DNA of 64,000 nt from Nitrospinaceae bacterium (GTDB lineage: Bacteria > Nitrospinota > Nitrospinia > Nitrospinales > Nitrospinaceae), in contig OZ245011.1 of NCBI GenBank assembly GCA_965223665.1, positions 2,976,001 to 3,040,000 on the forward strand, written 5' to 3'. Made by a program: the position numbers and the translations under genes. The notes under the pieces were generated by a model that had not been told where the DNA came from, did not search any database, and saw nothing but the letters and a program-made list of their open reading frames with translations. Below, piece by piece: positions 10,344 to 20,712 of this stretch. Every line of letters begins with the position of its first letter. Positions within the stretch are counted from its first letter, which is position 1.

Positions 10344-11552
10344 ATGGACAAACATCAAATTGCCCTTTACTTAAGTGAGCATCCCGAATTTTTTAAGGAT
10401 TTTCCGGATCTGTTACAAAAAATCAAAACTATTGAACCCGAAGATTTGCCGGATGAATCCAATAAAACCATCAATATTTCAAATAGAATTCTGGAGCGAG
10501 TGCAGGAGGACAATAAAACCATGAAGATCCAAATCAAATGGTTTTTGGATCTATTGGAAAACAATGAATCACTCCAGGAAAACTTGTTCGAAATTGAAAA
10601 AGTTCTTCTAACAAGCCCCAATATTGTAGAAATGATCCGTCAATTTAGAAAAGAAGTGATTCTTCGATTTAACCTTCCCGCTGTTTTAATTTTCCTTGTA
10701 GACGGACAAGATCACTTTATTCACAATTCTATTCAAGATCGCCTGCAGGAGGATTTGCTGGAGGGCTTGATTTTTATTGAGCAGGATACTTTGGATTCCT
10801 GGTTTGGTTCTAATCAACGGCCGGTATTAAGGGAAGATTTACAAGATGGTTCGGTTTTATTTAAAGCGCATTATCAAAAACCAATTTTGTCAGAAGCTCT
10901 GATTCCCATCATTCGTTATGGAAAATTAGCCGGAGCCCTTTGTTTTGGCAGTACCAAACCGAAGCATTTTTATGAAGGTTTACGAACGGATTACCTTGAA
11001 CGCACTGCGGAAAAATTAGGAATTGGACTGGATAATGTCCTTCTACAAGAAATCCTGAAAACCCAGGAAGCCTGGGAAGGCCCAACAGGTTTTATGAAAA
11101 CTTTGTATTTACGTCCTTTATTAGATCGGTACATGGAATTGGCGAGTAGCACAGAAACACCCCTTTCCTGCATAAAATTGGTCGTTGACTATTCGAGCGA
11201 AGTCCCGGATACTTATGACGAACCCCTTCAAGAGAGCCTAATCGAAGGTGTAGGCGAGGCGTTTCAGCAAAACACCCTACCCGATAAGGATCTCTTATTT
11301 TTTTCTGGGAATAATGTTTTTTGGATGCTCTTACCAAGGGTTCCTTTAGAAGGTGCCCGGCGAAGAGTGAAAAGAATTAGAGAAAGTCTTAAAGATTTAA
11401 GTTCGGGAATTAATAATGGAAAATTCCAATTCAAGTTTGGTGTTTCCGCTGTTCCCGGAGAATTTTCGGAAACTTCGAAAGAATTTTTAGAAGAAGTTTC
11501 GCAGAGTATTTTGAAAACACAAGAGGCTGAAGCCGAAAGTTTAATTTCATGA
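10344..11552 (+). CDS. DUF484/GAF-like domain fused to degenerate GGDEF-like domain
   Basis: IALYLSEHPEFF N-terminus and FGSTKPKHFYEGLRTDYL (DUF484-like). C-terminal cyclase-like segment has SGNNVF at the GGDEF position. ATG at 10344 preferred. Confidence 0.6.
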   Translation: MDKHQIALYLSEHPEFFKDFPDLLQKIKTIEPEDLPDESNKTINISNRILERVQEDNKTMKIQIKWFLDLLENNESLQENLFEIEKVLLTSPNIVEMIRQFRKEVILRFNLPAVLIFLVDGQDHFIHNSIQDRLQEDLLEGLIFIEQDTLDSWFGSNQRPVLREDLQDGSVLFKAHYQKPILSEALIPIIRYGKLAGALCFGSTKPKHFYEGLRTDYLERTAEKLGIGLDNVLLQEILKTQEAWEGPTGFMKTLYLRPLLDRYMELASSTETPLSCIKLVVDYSSEVPDTYDEPLQESLIEGVGEAFQQNTLPDKDLLFFSGNNVFWMLLPRVPLEGARRRVKRIRESLKDLSSGINNGKFQFKFGVSAVPGEFSETSKEFLEEVSQSILKTQEAEAESLIS

Positions 11553-12067
11553 TTCGAACTGCCAACAAAGATGAATCCAATGCCATTTTGGAGCTAATTA
11601 ATTTTCATGCCCAGGATGACCAAATGCTGTTTCGCTCTTTAGAGGAGATTCAATCGCATATTGGGGATTTTTTGGTTTATGTGGCGGAGGAAGATCAAAT
11701 TGTCGGTACCTGCAGCCTGAGTTGGAATATGGGGGGAATGGTTGAAATTCGTTCCTTGGCGGTTCGTCCAGATTTTTACCGGCAAGGGGTAGGCACTGCA
11801 TTAGTTGAGCAATGTATTAAGCGAGCTATTTTGGCGGAAGTCCCCCGGATATTCGTTTTGACCTATGCCGTACCCCTTTTTGAAAAATTAGGGTTTCGTA
11901 TTATTAATATGAACGAACTCCCACAAAAAATTTGGAAAGACTGTCAGGGCTGTCGGAAACAAGATCAGTGCGATGAAACTGCAATGATTCGAGACTTGGT
12001 TCCGGTGGTGGGACAATCCCTCCCGACACCAGATCAACAAGACTCGCAATCGACCGTTCCAGTTTAA
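11549..12067 (+). CDS. GNAT N-acetyltransferase, short ArgA-like (amino-acid acetyltransferase)
   Basis: EIRSLAV...RQGVGTALV, LPQKIWKDC..C....CDETAM. Confidence 0.75.
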   Translation: MIRTANKDESNAILELINFHAQDDQMLFRSLEEIQSHIGDFLVYVAEEDQIVGTCSLSWNMGGMVEIRSLAVRPDFYRQGVGTALVEQCIKRAILAEVPRIFVLTYAVPLFEKLGFRIINMNELPQKIWKDCQGCRKQDQCDETAMIRDLVPVVGQSLPTPDQQDSQSTVPV

Positions 12068-12092
12068 GCACATCCGTTTTAGGAGGTGGATT

Positions 12093-12806
12093 GTGATCGA
12101 TGCATTTTTTAATGCCCTCTCTGGTTTGCGCACCGCAAGCCGTCGCCTGGATATCAGCGCCAACAATACGGCAAACCTGCAGACCCCCGGATTTAAAAAA
12201 AGCCGTCCAGTGATAATGGATATTAAAACGGGTGGGTCGCAAATATTGGGAACCCAGCGTAACAATGCTTCCGGAGCTTTGCTTCCCACAAATGATCCCT
12301 TAAACGTTGCCATTGACGGTCCTGGATATTTTCAGGTAACTTTGCCGGATGGAAGTCCGGGGTTTACTCGGTTTGGTGCGTTTAAGACAGACAATTCCGG
12401 GCGCCTCGTCAATGCAAATGGATATTCTCTGCAACCAGAAATTACGGTCCCGTTAAATGCAGAATCGATTTCGATAAATAGCTCTGGTCAAGTCAACAGT
12501 TTCAGTAACGGTCAATCGGTCACTTTAGGTCAAATCCGTTTATCAGGATTTAATGATCCTTCTGGATTGACTTCTTTAGGTGGAAACATATTTGCCGCAT
12601 CAAATGCTTCCGGTCAACCTCTCTCCGGAAATCCCGGGTCTGGTGGTTTGGGATTAATTCGTTCCGGTGCATTGGAAACTTCTAATGTAGATATTACTGA
12701 AGAAGCGGTGGAGCAAATCCTATCCAAAGCCGCCTTTCGCGCTAATGCAAGTGTCATCCGTACCTCTAATGAAATTGTTGGAACAATTTTAGATATTAAA
12801 GCTTGA
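12093..12806 (+). CDS. Flagellar hook/basal-body rod protein, FlgG-like stand-alone paralogue
   Basis: ANNTANLQTPGFK, LNVAIDGPGYF, TRFGAF, LETSNVD. Confidence 0.8.
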   Translation: MIDAFFNALSGLRTASRRLDISANNTANLQTPGFKKSRPVIMDIKTGGSQILGTQRNNASGALLPTNDPLNVAIDGPGYFQVTLPDGSPGFTRFGAFKTDNSGRLVNANGYSLQPEITVPLNAESISINSSGQVNSFSNGQSVTLGQIRLSGFNDPSGLTSLGGNIFAASNASGQPLSGNPGSGGLGLIRSGALETSNVDITEEAVEQILSKAAFRANASVIRTSNEIVGTILDIKA

Positions 12807-12880
12807 AATTTATCACGCAACAGAGTTAGTATCGCTGTAAATATCTTAGATCCCCAAATTCAACTTGCGTTTATTCCAGC

Positions 12881-13153
12881 ATGAGTTTTCTCAATAAAGA
12901 AAACCTAAATTACCTGACTCGGGTGGAACAGTTTTTTCTATCGCTAAAAGACTCGGGTATGGCCTTATCTGCTAGCGATTATCATTTGATCAGTCAATGG
13001 GAACAACGCAATATTCCGGAAGAGCTTTTGTGCAGATGTATCGAAAAGTGTTACGTGGATTTTATTAAGTCTTCACGGAACCCGGATCCAAAAGTATCCT
13101 TAAGCCAACTGCGAGAATCGATTGAGATAGAATTAAAACAGGTGCCCCAATGA
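12881..13153 (+). CDS. Small hypothetical protein translationally coupled to the DnaC-like ATPase
   Basis: 90-aa ORF overlapping the next start (ATGA). Confidence 0.55.
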   Translation: MSFLNKENLNYLTRVEQFFLSLKDSGMALSASDYHLISQWEQRNIPEELLCRCIEKCYVDFIKSSRNPDPKVSLSQLRESIEIELKQVPQ

Positions 13154-14082
13154 AAAAAACAAAAGCTAAAACTTGCAACGAGTGTAGAGGAGTTCATTAC
13201 ATTTTAATGAATGAATCCGGGAAAGTACACGGGGAAGTATGCTCCTGTTTTGAATGCGAGTTGTGTAATGGTCGTGGCATGGTGTTTTCTGAAGATGAAA
13301 AGGGCATCTCATTTTTGAGTCCCTGTGTCTGCGATGAACTCAAAGAAAATTTGAGTCGTCTCAATCAAAGTGGTATTCCCGGGAAATTTGTCAACGCGCA
13401 ATTTGAAACGTTTCATCCGATGGATGCGTCGCAAAAGCTGGCATTGAAAATTGCCAAAGATTTTGTGAAAGATTTTGGTAAAACCGATCAGGGAATTTTA
13501 TTTATGGGTCGTCCAGGATTGGGAAAAACCCATTTGGCAGTTTCTATTTTAAAACAATTGATTTTTGAAAAAGATGCCGAATGTAAATTCGTCGATTTTT
13601 TTCAATTGTTATCAGACATTCGATTTGGATATAGTCAGGATTTGTCGGAGCAGGCAATAATCAATCCTTATGTTCATGCACCCGTTTTGGTGATTGATGA
13701 ATTGGCAAAGGGTAGAAATACGGAATGGGAATTAACCATGCTCGACCAAATAATATCGAGTCGATATAACTCATCTGATAAGGTCACTCTTTTTACAACT
13801 AATTTTTTAAATGAAATTCCCAATACAAAAGAGAGTTCAAAGTGTGATACCCATGTAGAAATCAATGTGAGGTCTTCACGAAAGACGTTTGCCGGGGAAG
13901 AAACTTTAGAAGATAAAGTAGGAGAAAGAATTTACTCTCGATTGACGGAAATGTGTCGGTTTGTAAAAATTGAGGGGGAAGATTATCGGCATCATGTTCG
14001 GACTCACTCTCCTGGGTCAAGAAGTAGTCCAATTGGTAAAGCAAAGTCCAAATCCAAAATGAAATCTAAAACCAAAAAATAA
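13150..14082 (+). CDS. DnaC/IstB-like AAA+ ATPase with N-terminal Cys clusters
   Basis: CxxC pairs; Walker A GRPGLGKT; Walker B LVIDEL; RYN, TTN, RIYSRL, GEDYR. Confidence 0.8.
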   Translation: MKKTKAKTCNECRGVHYILMNESGKVHGEVCSCFECELCNGRGMVFSEDEKGISFLSPCVCDELKENLSRLNQSGIPGKFVNAQFETFHPMDASQKLALKIAKDFVKDFGKTDQGILFMGRPGLGKTHLAVSILKQLIFEKDAECKFVDFFQLLSDIRFGYSQDLSEQAIINPYVHAPVLVIDELAKGRNTEWELTMLDQIISSRYNSSDKVTLFTTNFLNEIPNTKESSKCDTHVEINVRSSRKTFAGEETLEDKVGERIYSRLTEMCRFVKIEGEDYRHHVRTHSPGSRSSPIGKAKSKSKMKSKTKK

Positions 14083-14413
14083 AGGGTGAGAATCGAATTT
14101 CTCACCCTTTATTCGAATCAGAGGATGCGAACCATTTGTCCAACTCTTGGTGGAGGATTAGGACGGGGTAGCGGACCCCCTGAAGGTCTATTCAATTTTT
14201 TTGGAATTTCGAGACTGATAAGTCCTCAAAATATCCTTTTTGTCCCTGGCAAAGCCGCCTTGCGAAACGGCGCAACTTCCTTTAAACCTGGTAAAACCGG
14301 TTTCCCATGAATCTACTGGGTTGTGGGTTTAATTTTTAATATAATTGATCCAAGAGATCGGATCATTCGGTTTTTAAAGAAATTGCTCATTATCTCTAAA
14401 ACGGAGAATTGAA

Positions 14414-15229
14414 TTGAAAGCTTTAGCGAAATTTTGCTTAATTTTGGGTTTTTTGACATTTTGTGGCTGTGATCGAGATCTAAAAGAACATAAAGTTCCT
14501 CCAGCAACTCTAAAAAAACTTGAACGACAATATGATCCTGCTCTTAAGGAAAAAGAAATTTCTGGCGTCATAACCCTTGAAAACGCGCAAGTTCCTCCCC
14601 CAGAGGGTTCAATGTTATTTTTATTTGTCCGACCGGAGGGGGTAAATTCAGGTCCCCCATTGGCGGCGAAGCGAATTGGCTATTTTGAATTTCCCTACGA
14701 GTTCGCTATAGGCCCCAAAGATATAATGATGCCAGGAGCTCAGTTTGAAGGCAGTTTAAGTGTGACTGCAAGGTTAGACCACGATGGGGATGCCAAAGCA
14801 CGTCCCGGAGATCTGTTAGGAAAGATAATTGCCAAACCTGGAGAAAAGGATGTAAGGATAGTTTTGAACCAGTCTGTTGAGGTGAGGGGCCAAACCATTT
14901 CTGGAACTCTTAAAATTGATAAATCCGTTGAAGCTAAAGTTCCGCCAAATGCTGTATTGTTTATCATTGCTAAGAAAAAAGGTCCAAGAGGAACACCTCC
15001 TATTGCGGTTCAGCGCATGGCCGACGTCCAATTTCCTTTGAAATTTTCCATCGGACAAAAAGATGTGATGATGCCGAACGCTGAGTTTGATGGGGAAATC
15101 TTGCTAATGGCTCGTTTAGACCAGGATGGAAGTGCGATGGGACAACCTGGAGATGTTGAAGGGGTTCTTTCTTCTCAAGCCGGGGAAAAAAATGTGGTGT
15201 TAACTTTGAATCGCGTGGTTGGGGAATAG
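14414..15229 (+). CDS. Lipoprotein with two tandem CcmI/CycH C-terminal-like Ig domains
   Basis: Lipobox FCGC; duplicated module LF..GPPLAAKR..FP.EF.IG.KD.MMP.A.F.G...ARLD.DG.A..PGD. Confidence 0.65.
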   Translation: MKALAKFCLILGFLTFCGCDRDLKEHKVPPATLKKLERQYDPALKEKEISGVITLENAQVPPPEGSMLFLFVRPEGVNSGPPLAAKRIGYFEFPYEFAIGPKDIMMPGAQFEGSLSVTARLDHDGDAKARPGDLLGKIIAKPGEKDVRIVLNQSVEVRGQTISGTLKIDKSVEAKVPPNAVLFIIAKKKGPRGTPPIAVQRMADVQFPLKFSIGQKDVMMPNAEFDGEILLMARLDQDGSAMGQPGDVEGVLSSQAGEKNVVLTLNRVVGE

Positions 15230-15283
15230 GTTCCTTAGTTGAATCAGGATGGGTGTCTTGGTACATCACTGAATTAATCGGCT

Positions 15284-16321
15284 TTATCCATTCGGAAGAC
15301 TTCTTTCGATCATAAACTTAACGTTATCATTTGCGTTAACATATTCGATTTTGATATTGGGATGTTGATTTTGAAATACGCGAAACACTTCATCGACAAA
15401 TCCCTGCCCCACCGATTTAACTCCTTTAAAGTCCAAACAAAGGTTTTTAAATTTTTCCAGGCTGAATAAAATTCTCTTGGCTTGCGAACGGGAAATAAAT
15501 TTGTCTTCTTCTAAATTACTGAGTTCTACAAGGACCTGTGTTTTGTCGAATAGGGGAGTCTCTGCATTAGTTTCTAAAGAGGAGTATTGGCGAAAAATGC
15601 TACCCAATGTTCTTATTGCGTGCATGTTAAGAGTGAAAGCTACGAGGGTGCCTTTATAAATTTCCTTTGTGGAATCGATAGTCCAGTCGTCATTTTCTCT
15701 TTGAAAGATGAGATCAAACGAACGAATAAGAAAAGTATCCACCGCGCGTGAAGTGAAAAAAATGCCTTCACCACTGTGCCGCTCGGGATCTGTCGTCAGT
15801 TTGCCTTTGGATAAATGTAAAATGCTTTCGCGTTGTGTTTCCAAGTTAAAATGAGTTTGAATTTTTCTGAAAATACCCATCCCATTATCTAGAATTTGCA
15901 ACCGCAGGTACTTCCCTTCCATTTTTGAAGTTACCGTGATGCGACTGCCTTCGGAGTGGTCGATGGCGTTATTAAATATTTCACCAAAAGCGTAGCAGCA
16001 AATATCAAAAACACTTTCAGAGTACAGGGACAAGGGCTTTGCAAAATGATCCTTCCATACCTGATCTTCTTTCAAGCCATAAGCTATTTCAAAGTGGATG
16101 ACTTTATCAAGGGAATTAGCTAGGTGGTACGATGCCGCGCGGGTTCGACCGGATTGAATAATTTTGTAGTCTCGCAGCAATCGGCTCAGGTGTCGATGCA
16201 CAGTGGTACGAGTGACGTTAAACTTTTGACCAGTCACGGTGACGATGTCTTTAGGATGTTCGGGTAGGGATTGCAAAATAAATTCTCGTATTTGCTTGGA
16301 GCGCGGCTCGGTTTCAAACAT
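15284..16321 (-). CDS. HTH + HATPase_c + STAS-like (DUF4325) protein, paralogue 1
   Basis: TRTTVHRHL HTH; EIFNNAIDHS, DNGMG, HSGEGIFFTSR; SRSQAKR...DFKGVKSVGQGFVDEVFR. Confidence 0.8.
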   Translation of the reverse strand: MFETEPRSKQIREFILQSLPEHPKDIVTVTGQKFNVTRTTVHRHLSRLLRDYKIIQSGRTRAASYHLANSLDKVIHFEIAYGLKEDQVWKDHFAKPLSLYSESVFDICCYAFGEIFNNAIDHSEGSRITVTSKMEGKYLRLQILDNGMGIFRKIQTHFNLETQRESILHLSKGKLTTDPERHSGEGIFFTSRAVDTFLIRSFDLIFQRENDDWTIDSTKEIYKGTLVAFTLNMHAIRTLGSIFRQYSSLETNAETPLFDKTQVLVELSNLEEDKFISRSQAKRILFSLEKFKNLCLDFKGVKSVGQGFVDEVFRVFQNQHPNIKIEYVNANDNVKFMIERSLPNG

Positions 16322-17023
16322 TTGAAATTTAGCTGAGGGTTATCAGTGAATAAAGGCTTTAGAAACGGATTTTATTCCTTGACTCAAGATAAGCCTATGC
16401 AAAATCGTTAAAATTTACATAACCTTAAGAAATACAATACGTTGTTTTTTGCTAATTTAGAGGATTATAAATAGTTATAAAATAAATTACAACTAGTTAT
16501 AATAATATTTTATTTATAACGAAAAGCTGAAATTTTTATAACTACAAAATATGGCACCCAATTCATTTATTACCTACAAAATGTGGATTTTATGTACTTC
16601 ATCTAATTTCATGCTGAAATGCCTGGCCTTGGACGAATTTATGGTAAAAGTGGAAGAAATGATCAATTATTGAGGTTATTTCAGTGGTTGTGAATTTGTT
16701 TTTTATCAGAATTAAGGAAAATGGTGACGGGAAGTTCGCTCTATTGGGACTACATCTGATTTTCCAAATATTTAATATCTGTGGAATGGATTTTAAAAAG
16801 AATGTTTTTAGAGCTATTAGACTATCTTATAGATTAATAGCACAATAACTCATGTTGCCAACCGAGTGGGTGCCAACCCTAAGGAGGAAAGGGGAAAGGA
16901 TTTGTTACCTTTTTAACTAGGGATAGAAATGTTTGATTGAATTTGAACCCTATGAAAGAAGGAGAAATCTAGGATTATATTTTTCAAAAATGAATCTGGA
17001 AAAACAGCTTGGCACCATTTTTC

Positions 17024-17929
17024 TTAAGTGTTTTCATTCTTTCCGGTGAATAATCCTTTCAACCATTTCCAGGCAAAAATGACGGGGGCAATTAAAATAA
17101 ACCAAAACTTCTTAGCAAAAATGGCAATCATGGCCAATAACCCTGCTCCAACTTTGGCGGCGGCTTTACCTGTAATTAATTTATAAACTAAAGCACCTGC
17201 CCCTACAGCAGCAACAGTATCCACTCCTGGCATAAAATCAGCATAAGTTGATCCTTCTTTATATTGGTAAGCGGCCAATGTAGGTGAAAGAGTGGTTTCT
17301 GCATTGGAAAATTGATCCGATGACCCCACCCATATTATTTCTGTGTAACCTTTTCGCCCCAGTTTTAAAGCTTTTGCATTGACTATGGATTCGCCCAAAC
17401 TGGAATGGGCAGAAATAGCCCAATAAATTATTGCGTTTTTTTTATCCAAATAGGGTTCTTGAACCCATCCGTCTACAAATAGATCAGGGTAGCCTTCACC
17501 TTTTAACTTATTCGCTTCTTTAGTACTTTCCTTGATTTGCTCCAATAATTCGTTTTTATCAATATTTTGCTCCCAATCATCGGTTTTAACATAACCTATT
17601 TCTTGAAAGGTGTAATCCACTTGAGTGTCTTGGTTTGGACCTTGAATCCGAAAAACCACTGCATCGGGTTGAAATCCTTTATGGCCTTCCATAAGATACA
17701 TATATTCGTGTGCATCTTTTCCTTTGACGAGCCATTCATTTTGAGAAATGGTGATTGAAGCGTTGATATCCCCAAGTTCATAGTTACCGGGTTCTTTTTG
17801 CCAGTTCAATGCTCCAATTTTTTCTGCTAGGGAACCATCATCTAGAGCGTATGCCTTTCCGGAAAACAACCCCACAGAGAGTATTAACAAGAAAGCAACG
17901 AAACTTGAATTGAAAGGATTGTTTTTCAT
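17024..17929 (-). CDS. DUF2167 family membrane-anchored protein
   Basis: GYVKTDD, GWVQEPY...YWA, LGRKG, YADF.PG.D.VA, C-terminal AAKVG...KKFW transmembrane segment. Confidence 0.75.
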   Translation of the reverse strand: MKNNPFNSSFVAFLLILSVGLFSGKAYALDDGSLAEKIGALNWQKEPGNYELGDINASITISQNEWLVKGKDAHEYMYLMEGHKGFQPDAVVFRIQGPNQDTQVDYTFQEIGYVKTDDWEQNIDKNELLEQIKESTKEANKLKGEGYPDLFVDGWVQEPYLDKKNAIIYWAISAHSSLGESIVNAKALKLGRKGYTEIIWVGSSDQFSNAETTLSPTLAAYQYKEGSTYADFMPGVDTVAAVGAGALVYKLITGKAAAKVGAGLLAMIAIFAKKFWFILIAPVIFAWKWLKGLFTGKNENT

Positions 17930-18272
17930 GATACAAGCTCCTTGGTTGAAAAAACCAACCTTGTAATAAAAATTTTAATATTGAGTCATAATTTATAACT
18001 TACGAATAGATACATTTTAATTAAAAAATAGATAAAGTAAAATAGATATATTGTTCGGAATTTTTTATTTTTGAATCAAATCTGAATTATTTTGGTTGGT
18101 CAAGAATACTGTTATGCAAATAAATTGCAAATTTGTCGCTTTGAAGAACTAATCTTTAATCTGGTTTCCAAAATAATATTTTTTATGTGAAATGTAGAAC
18201 CTGAAGCCAATTTGAATATAAAATAAAAGAAATGGCTCCATCTTGTATAAAATGATCGAGGTTTCTTAATTT

Positions 18273-19043
18273 ATGAACCAAAAACTTACTTCTTCCCAAA
18301 TAAATACTATAGATGAGCGCAAACCTGGATATTGGGGGTTTTGGGCCACCGTTGGATTAAGCTTGCTCATCATTATTGCTAATATTGCCGTGAGTATCGT
18401 GATGGTTGTGATTTATTCAGGAGTTTTATTAGCGGAAGATCCAGATTTGGATATAGAAGCTTTAGGATCTGGTTTGGAGACGAATGGAATGTTTCTTTCG
18501 CTCTCTACCATTCCTTCCTGTATGATTTGTGTGGGGCTAATGCTTTTGTTTGTCAAAATTCGCAAAGACAATTCCATTCACAACTATTTCAAACTAACTC
18601 CCGTCTCCTCTAATGTATATTTTCAATGGGTGAGTATTTTTCTGTTATTTGAGTTTGGGGTGTTTGTCCTATTTTTGTTAATTAATCGTCCATCCATTCC
18701 ACCATTTATGGAAAAGGTTTATCTATCAGCGGGAAGTCTTCCCTTGTTATGGATAACGATCACGATAGCAGCACCAATTCTGGAAGAGTTTTTTTTCCGC
18801 GGATTTCTTTTTGAGGGGATATTGCATTCGCGGTTGGGTGCATTGGGGGCAATCAGTATCACTACCATTGTTTGGACAATAATTCATACTCAATATGAAA
18901 TACCTGAATTGGCAGTCATAGCTTCTATGGGTGTAGTACTGGGAATTGCAAAGATTAAAACACGGTCCCTTTATGTAACTTTGGTTCTACATTCTCTAGC
19001 CAATACTTTGGCAATGATCGAAGCTACCCTCCGATTATCGTAG
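18273..19043 (+). CDS. CPBP (CAAX protease/Abi) family intramembrane metalloprotease
   Basis: APILEEFFFRG, W..IH, LVLHSLAN motifs; multiple TM helices. Confidence 0.85.
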   Translation: MNQKLTSSQINTIDERKPGYWGFWATVGLSLLIIIANIAVSIVMVVIYSGVLLAEDPDLDIEALGSGLETNGMFLSLSTIPSCMICVGLMLLFVKIRKDNSIHNYFKLTPVSSNVYFQWVSIFLLFEFGVFVLFLLINRPSIPPFMEKVYLSAGSLPLLWITITIAAPILEEFFFRGFLFEGILHSRLGALGAISITTIVWTIIHTQYEIPELAVIASMGVVLGIAKIKTRSLYVTLVLHSLANTLAMIEATLRLS

Positions 19044-19468
19044 GATCCCTAAACCAACTTGCCAACCTCTTTGCTTTCAATAAAATTATTTTTGAAAAGT
19101 ATCTGTTAAAAACGTAGTGAACCGTGAAGAATAAATGAATTTTGCGAATTTGCGCTATACTAGCTATTCGTTTCCGAGGCCGAATAAGTCGTCTTGATAA
19201 AGTTCATCTAGGGCATTTTGATTTTCATTTGCGGGTTCCTTTTCTAAATCGATATCCAGCTGAGCCCATTTTTCTTTGATCCGGGTTTTGCTGAAATAAA
19301 AAGGACGTTTTGGGGTTGGAAATGAGACTTCTTCATTCATGCTCTAATCCTCGCTTATTTAGTCTGGATGAAGTAATGACCTATGCCTATTATAGTCAAT
19401 AGGTCCCAGGAAAACGCAAATTTTTTTTAAGGGTGGACAAAAAAGGACACTTTTATGGGATGGATTAA

Positions 19469-20566
19469 TTACGAGGTTTTTTGATGTAAGGTGTGTTCAA
19501 TCATAAACTTAACATCATCATTGGCATTGGTGTACTTAATCTCGATCTGGGGGTACCTTGCCTGGAAAAGCCGAAACACCTCATCCACAAATCCTTGTGT
19601 AACAGAGTTTACATTTTTGAAGTCCACCAAAACATGTCGATATTTGTGAACCCCCTGCAATAACTTTTTCGCATTTTGCCTGTTACAACGGTTTAAAATT
19701 TCCTTAGAGCAGAGCTCTACCAAAATATGAATCTTATCGAAACGCGGGTCAGAGTCATCCACTAAAGTAGAATACTTTTTAAAAATTTCGGTGATTCGTC
19801 GTCGAGTGTTATAAGCAAGGGAAAGTGATACCGTAGTTCCTGTTAACTGGACTTGATGGGTTTCCAGGGTCCAATCATCTTGTCGATTATTACGGTAGAA
19901 ATGAATATTCCCGGATCGAAGCATAAACTGGTCAACGGCTCGGCTTGTAAAAAACAAACCCTGACCCCCATGTTTTTCCGGGGAGGTCGTAACTTTTTCG
20001 GTTGCCAATCGAATCACGCATTCTCTTTCATTTGAAAGGGATAAAGATTTCTGCATACAATCAAAAATACCAATCCCGTTATCCTGTATTTTTAAAGTCA
20101 ATTCGTCTTTTTCCCAAAGAGTTTGAATTTCTACTTCTGTTGCTTTGGAATGTTCCATTACGTTATTAAAGGTACGGGAAAACGCATAACGAAAAATCTC
20201 GTAAGCATATTTGGGTAATAAACAAAAAGTATCTTCTAAGTAATCAATCCATATTTGAGCTTCACTCAATTCGGGGAAAATATTTACTGAAAACTTTCTA
20301 TTGAGAGATGCCTTCAAAAAATACTGGGCGCTACTCGTGTTTCCAATTTTTATTATTTCCTTTTCATTAAGTAACCATTGCAAGTGCCGAAAAATAGTGG
20401 TTCTTGCTACCAGAAAATTGGAGGTCGCTAATGGAATGATTCCCTTGGGATGATCTGGGATATGTTGTAACAGAAAATCGCGAATGGCAGTGGGTTGATC
20501 TTTTTTGACCAATTGGCAAGGATGGATCAGAGAATCCTTTTCTTGTATCGGTGGATGACTTTTCAT
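19469..20566 (-). CDS. HTH + HATPase_c + STAS-like (DUF4325) protein, paralogue 2
   Basis: Colinear with 15284-16321 (HPK.I, RTT..RHL, DNG.G, G.G.FFTSRAVD, QGFVDEVFR, NAND.VKFMIE). Confidence 0.8.
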   Translation of the reverse strand: MKSHPPIQEKDSLIHPCQLVKKDQPTAIRDFLLQHIPDHPKGIIPLATSNFLVARTTIFRHLQWLLNEKEIIKIGNTSSAQYFLKASLNRKFSVNIFPELSEAQIWIDYLEDTFCLLPKYAYEIFRYAFSRTFNNVMEHSKATEVEIQTLWEKDELTLKIQDNGIGIFDCMQKSLSLSNERECVIRLATEKVTTSPEKHGGQGLFFTSRAVDQFMLRSGNIHFYRNNRQDDWTLETHQVQLTGTTVSLSLAYNTRRRITEIFKKYSTLVDDSDPRFDKIHILVELCSKEILNRCNRQNAKKLLQGVHKYRHVLVDFKNVNSVTQGFVDEVFRLFQARYPQIEIKYTNANDDVKFMIEHTLHQKTS

Positions 20567-20712
20567 AATAGAAAGAAAATAATTGTTAATCTAACCTAGT
20601 TTAATAGGATTTGGAAGGAATTTGAAGGAGAAAATTCTTTGATTTCCAAATACTAAAATAGGAATTTGCAGGCTTTTATTTTGATTTTTTAACTAAAAAA
20701 ACAATGGTGAGT

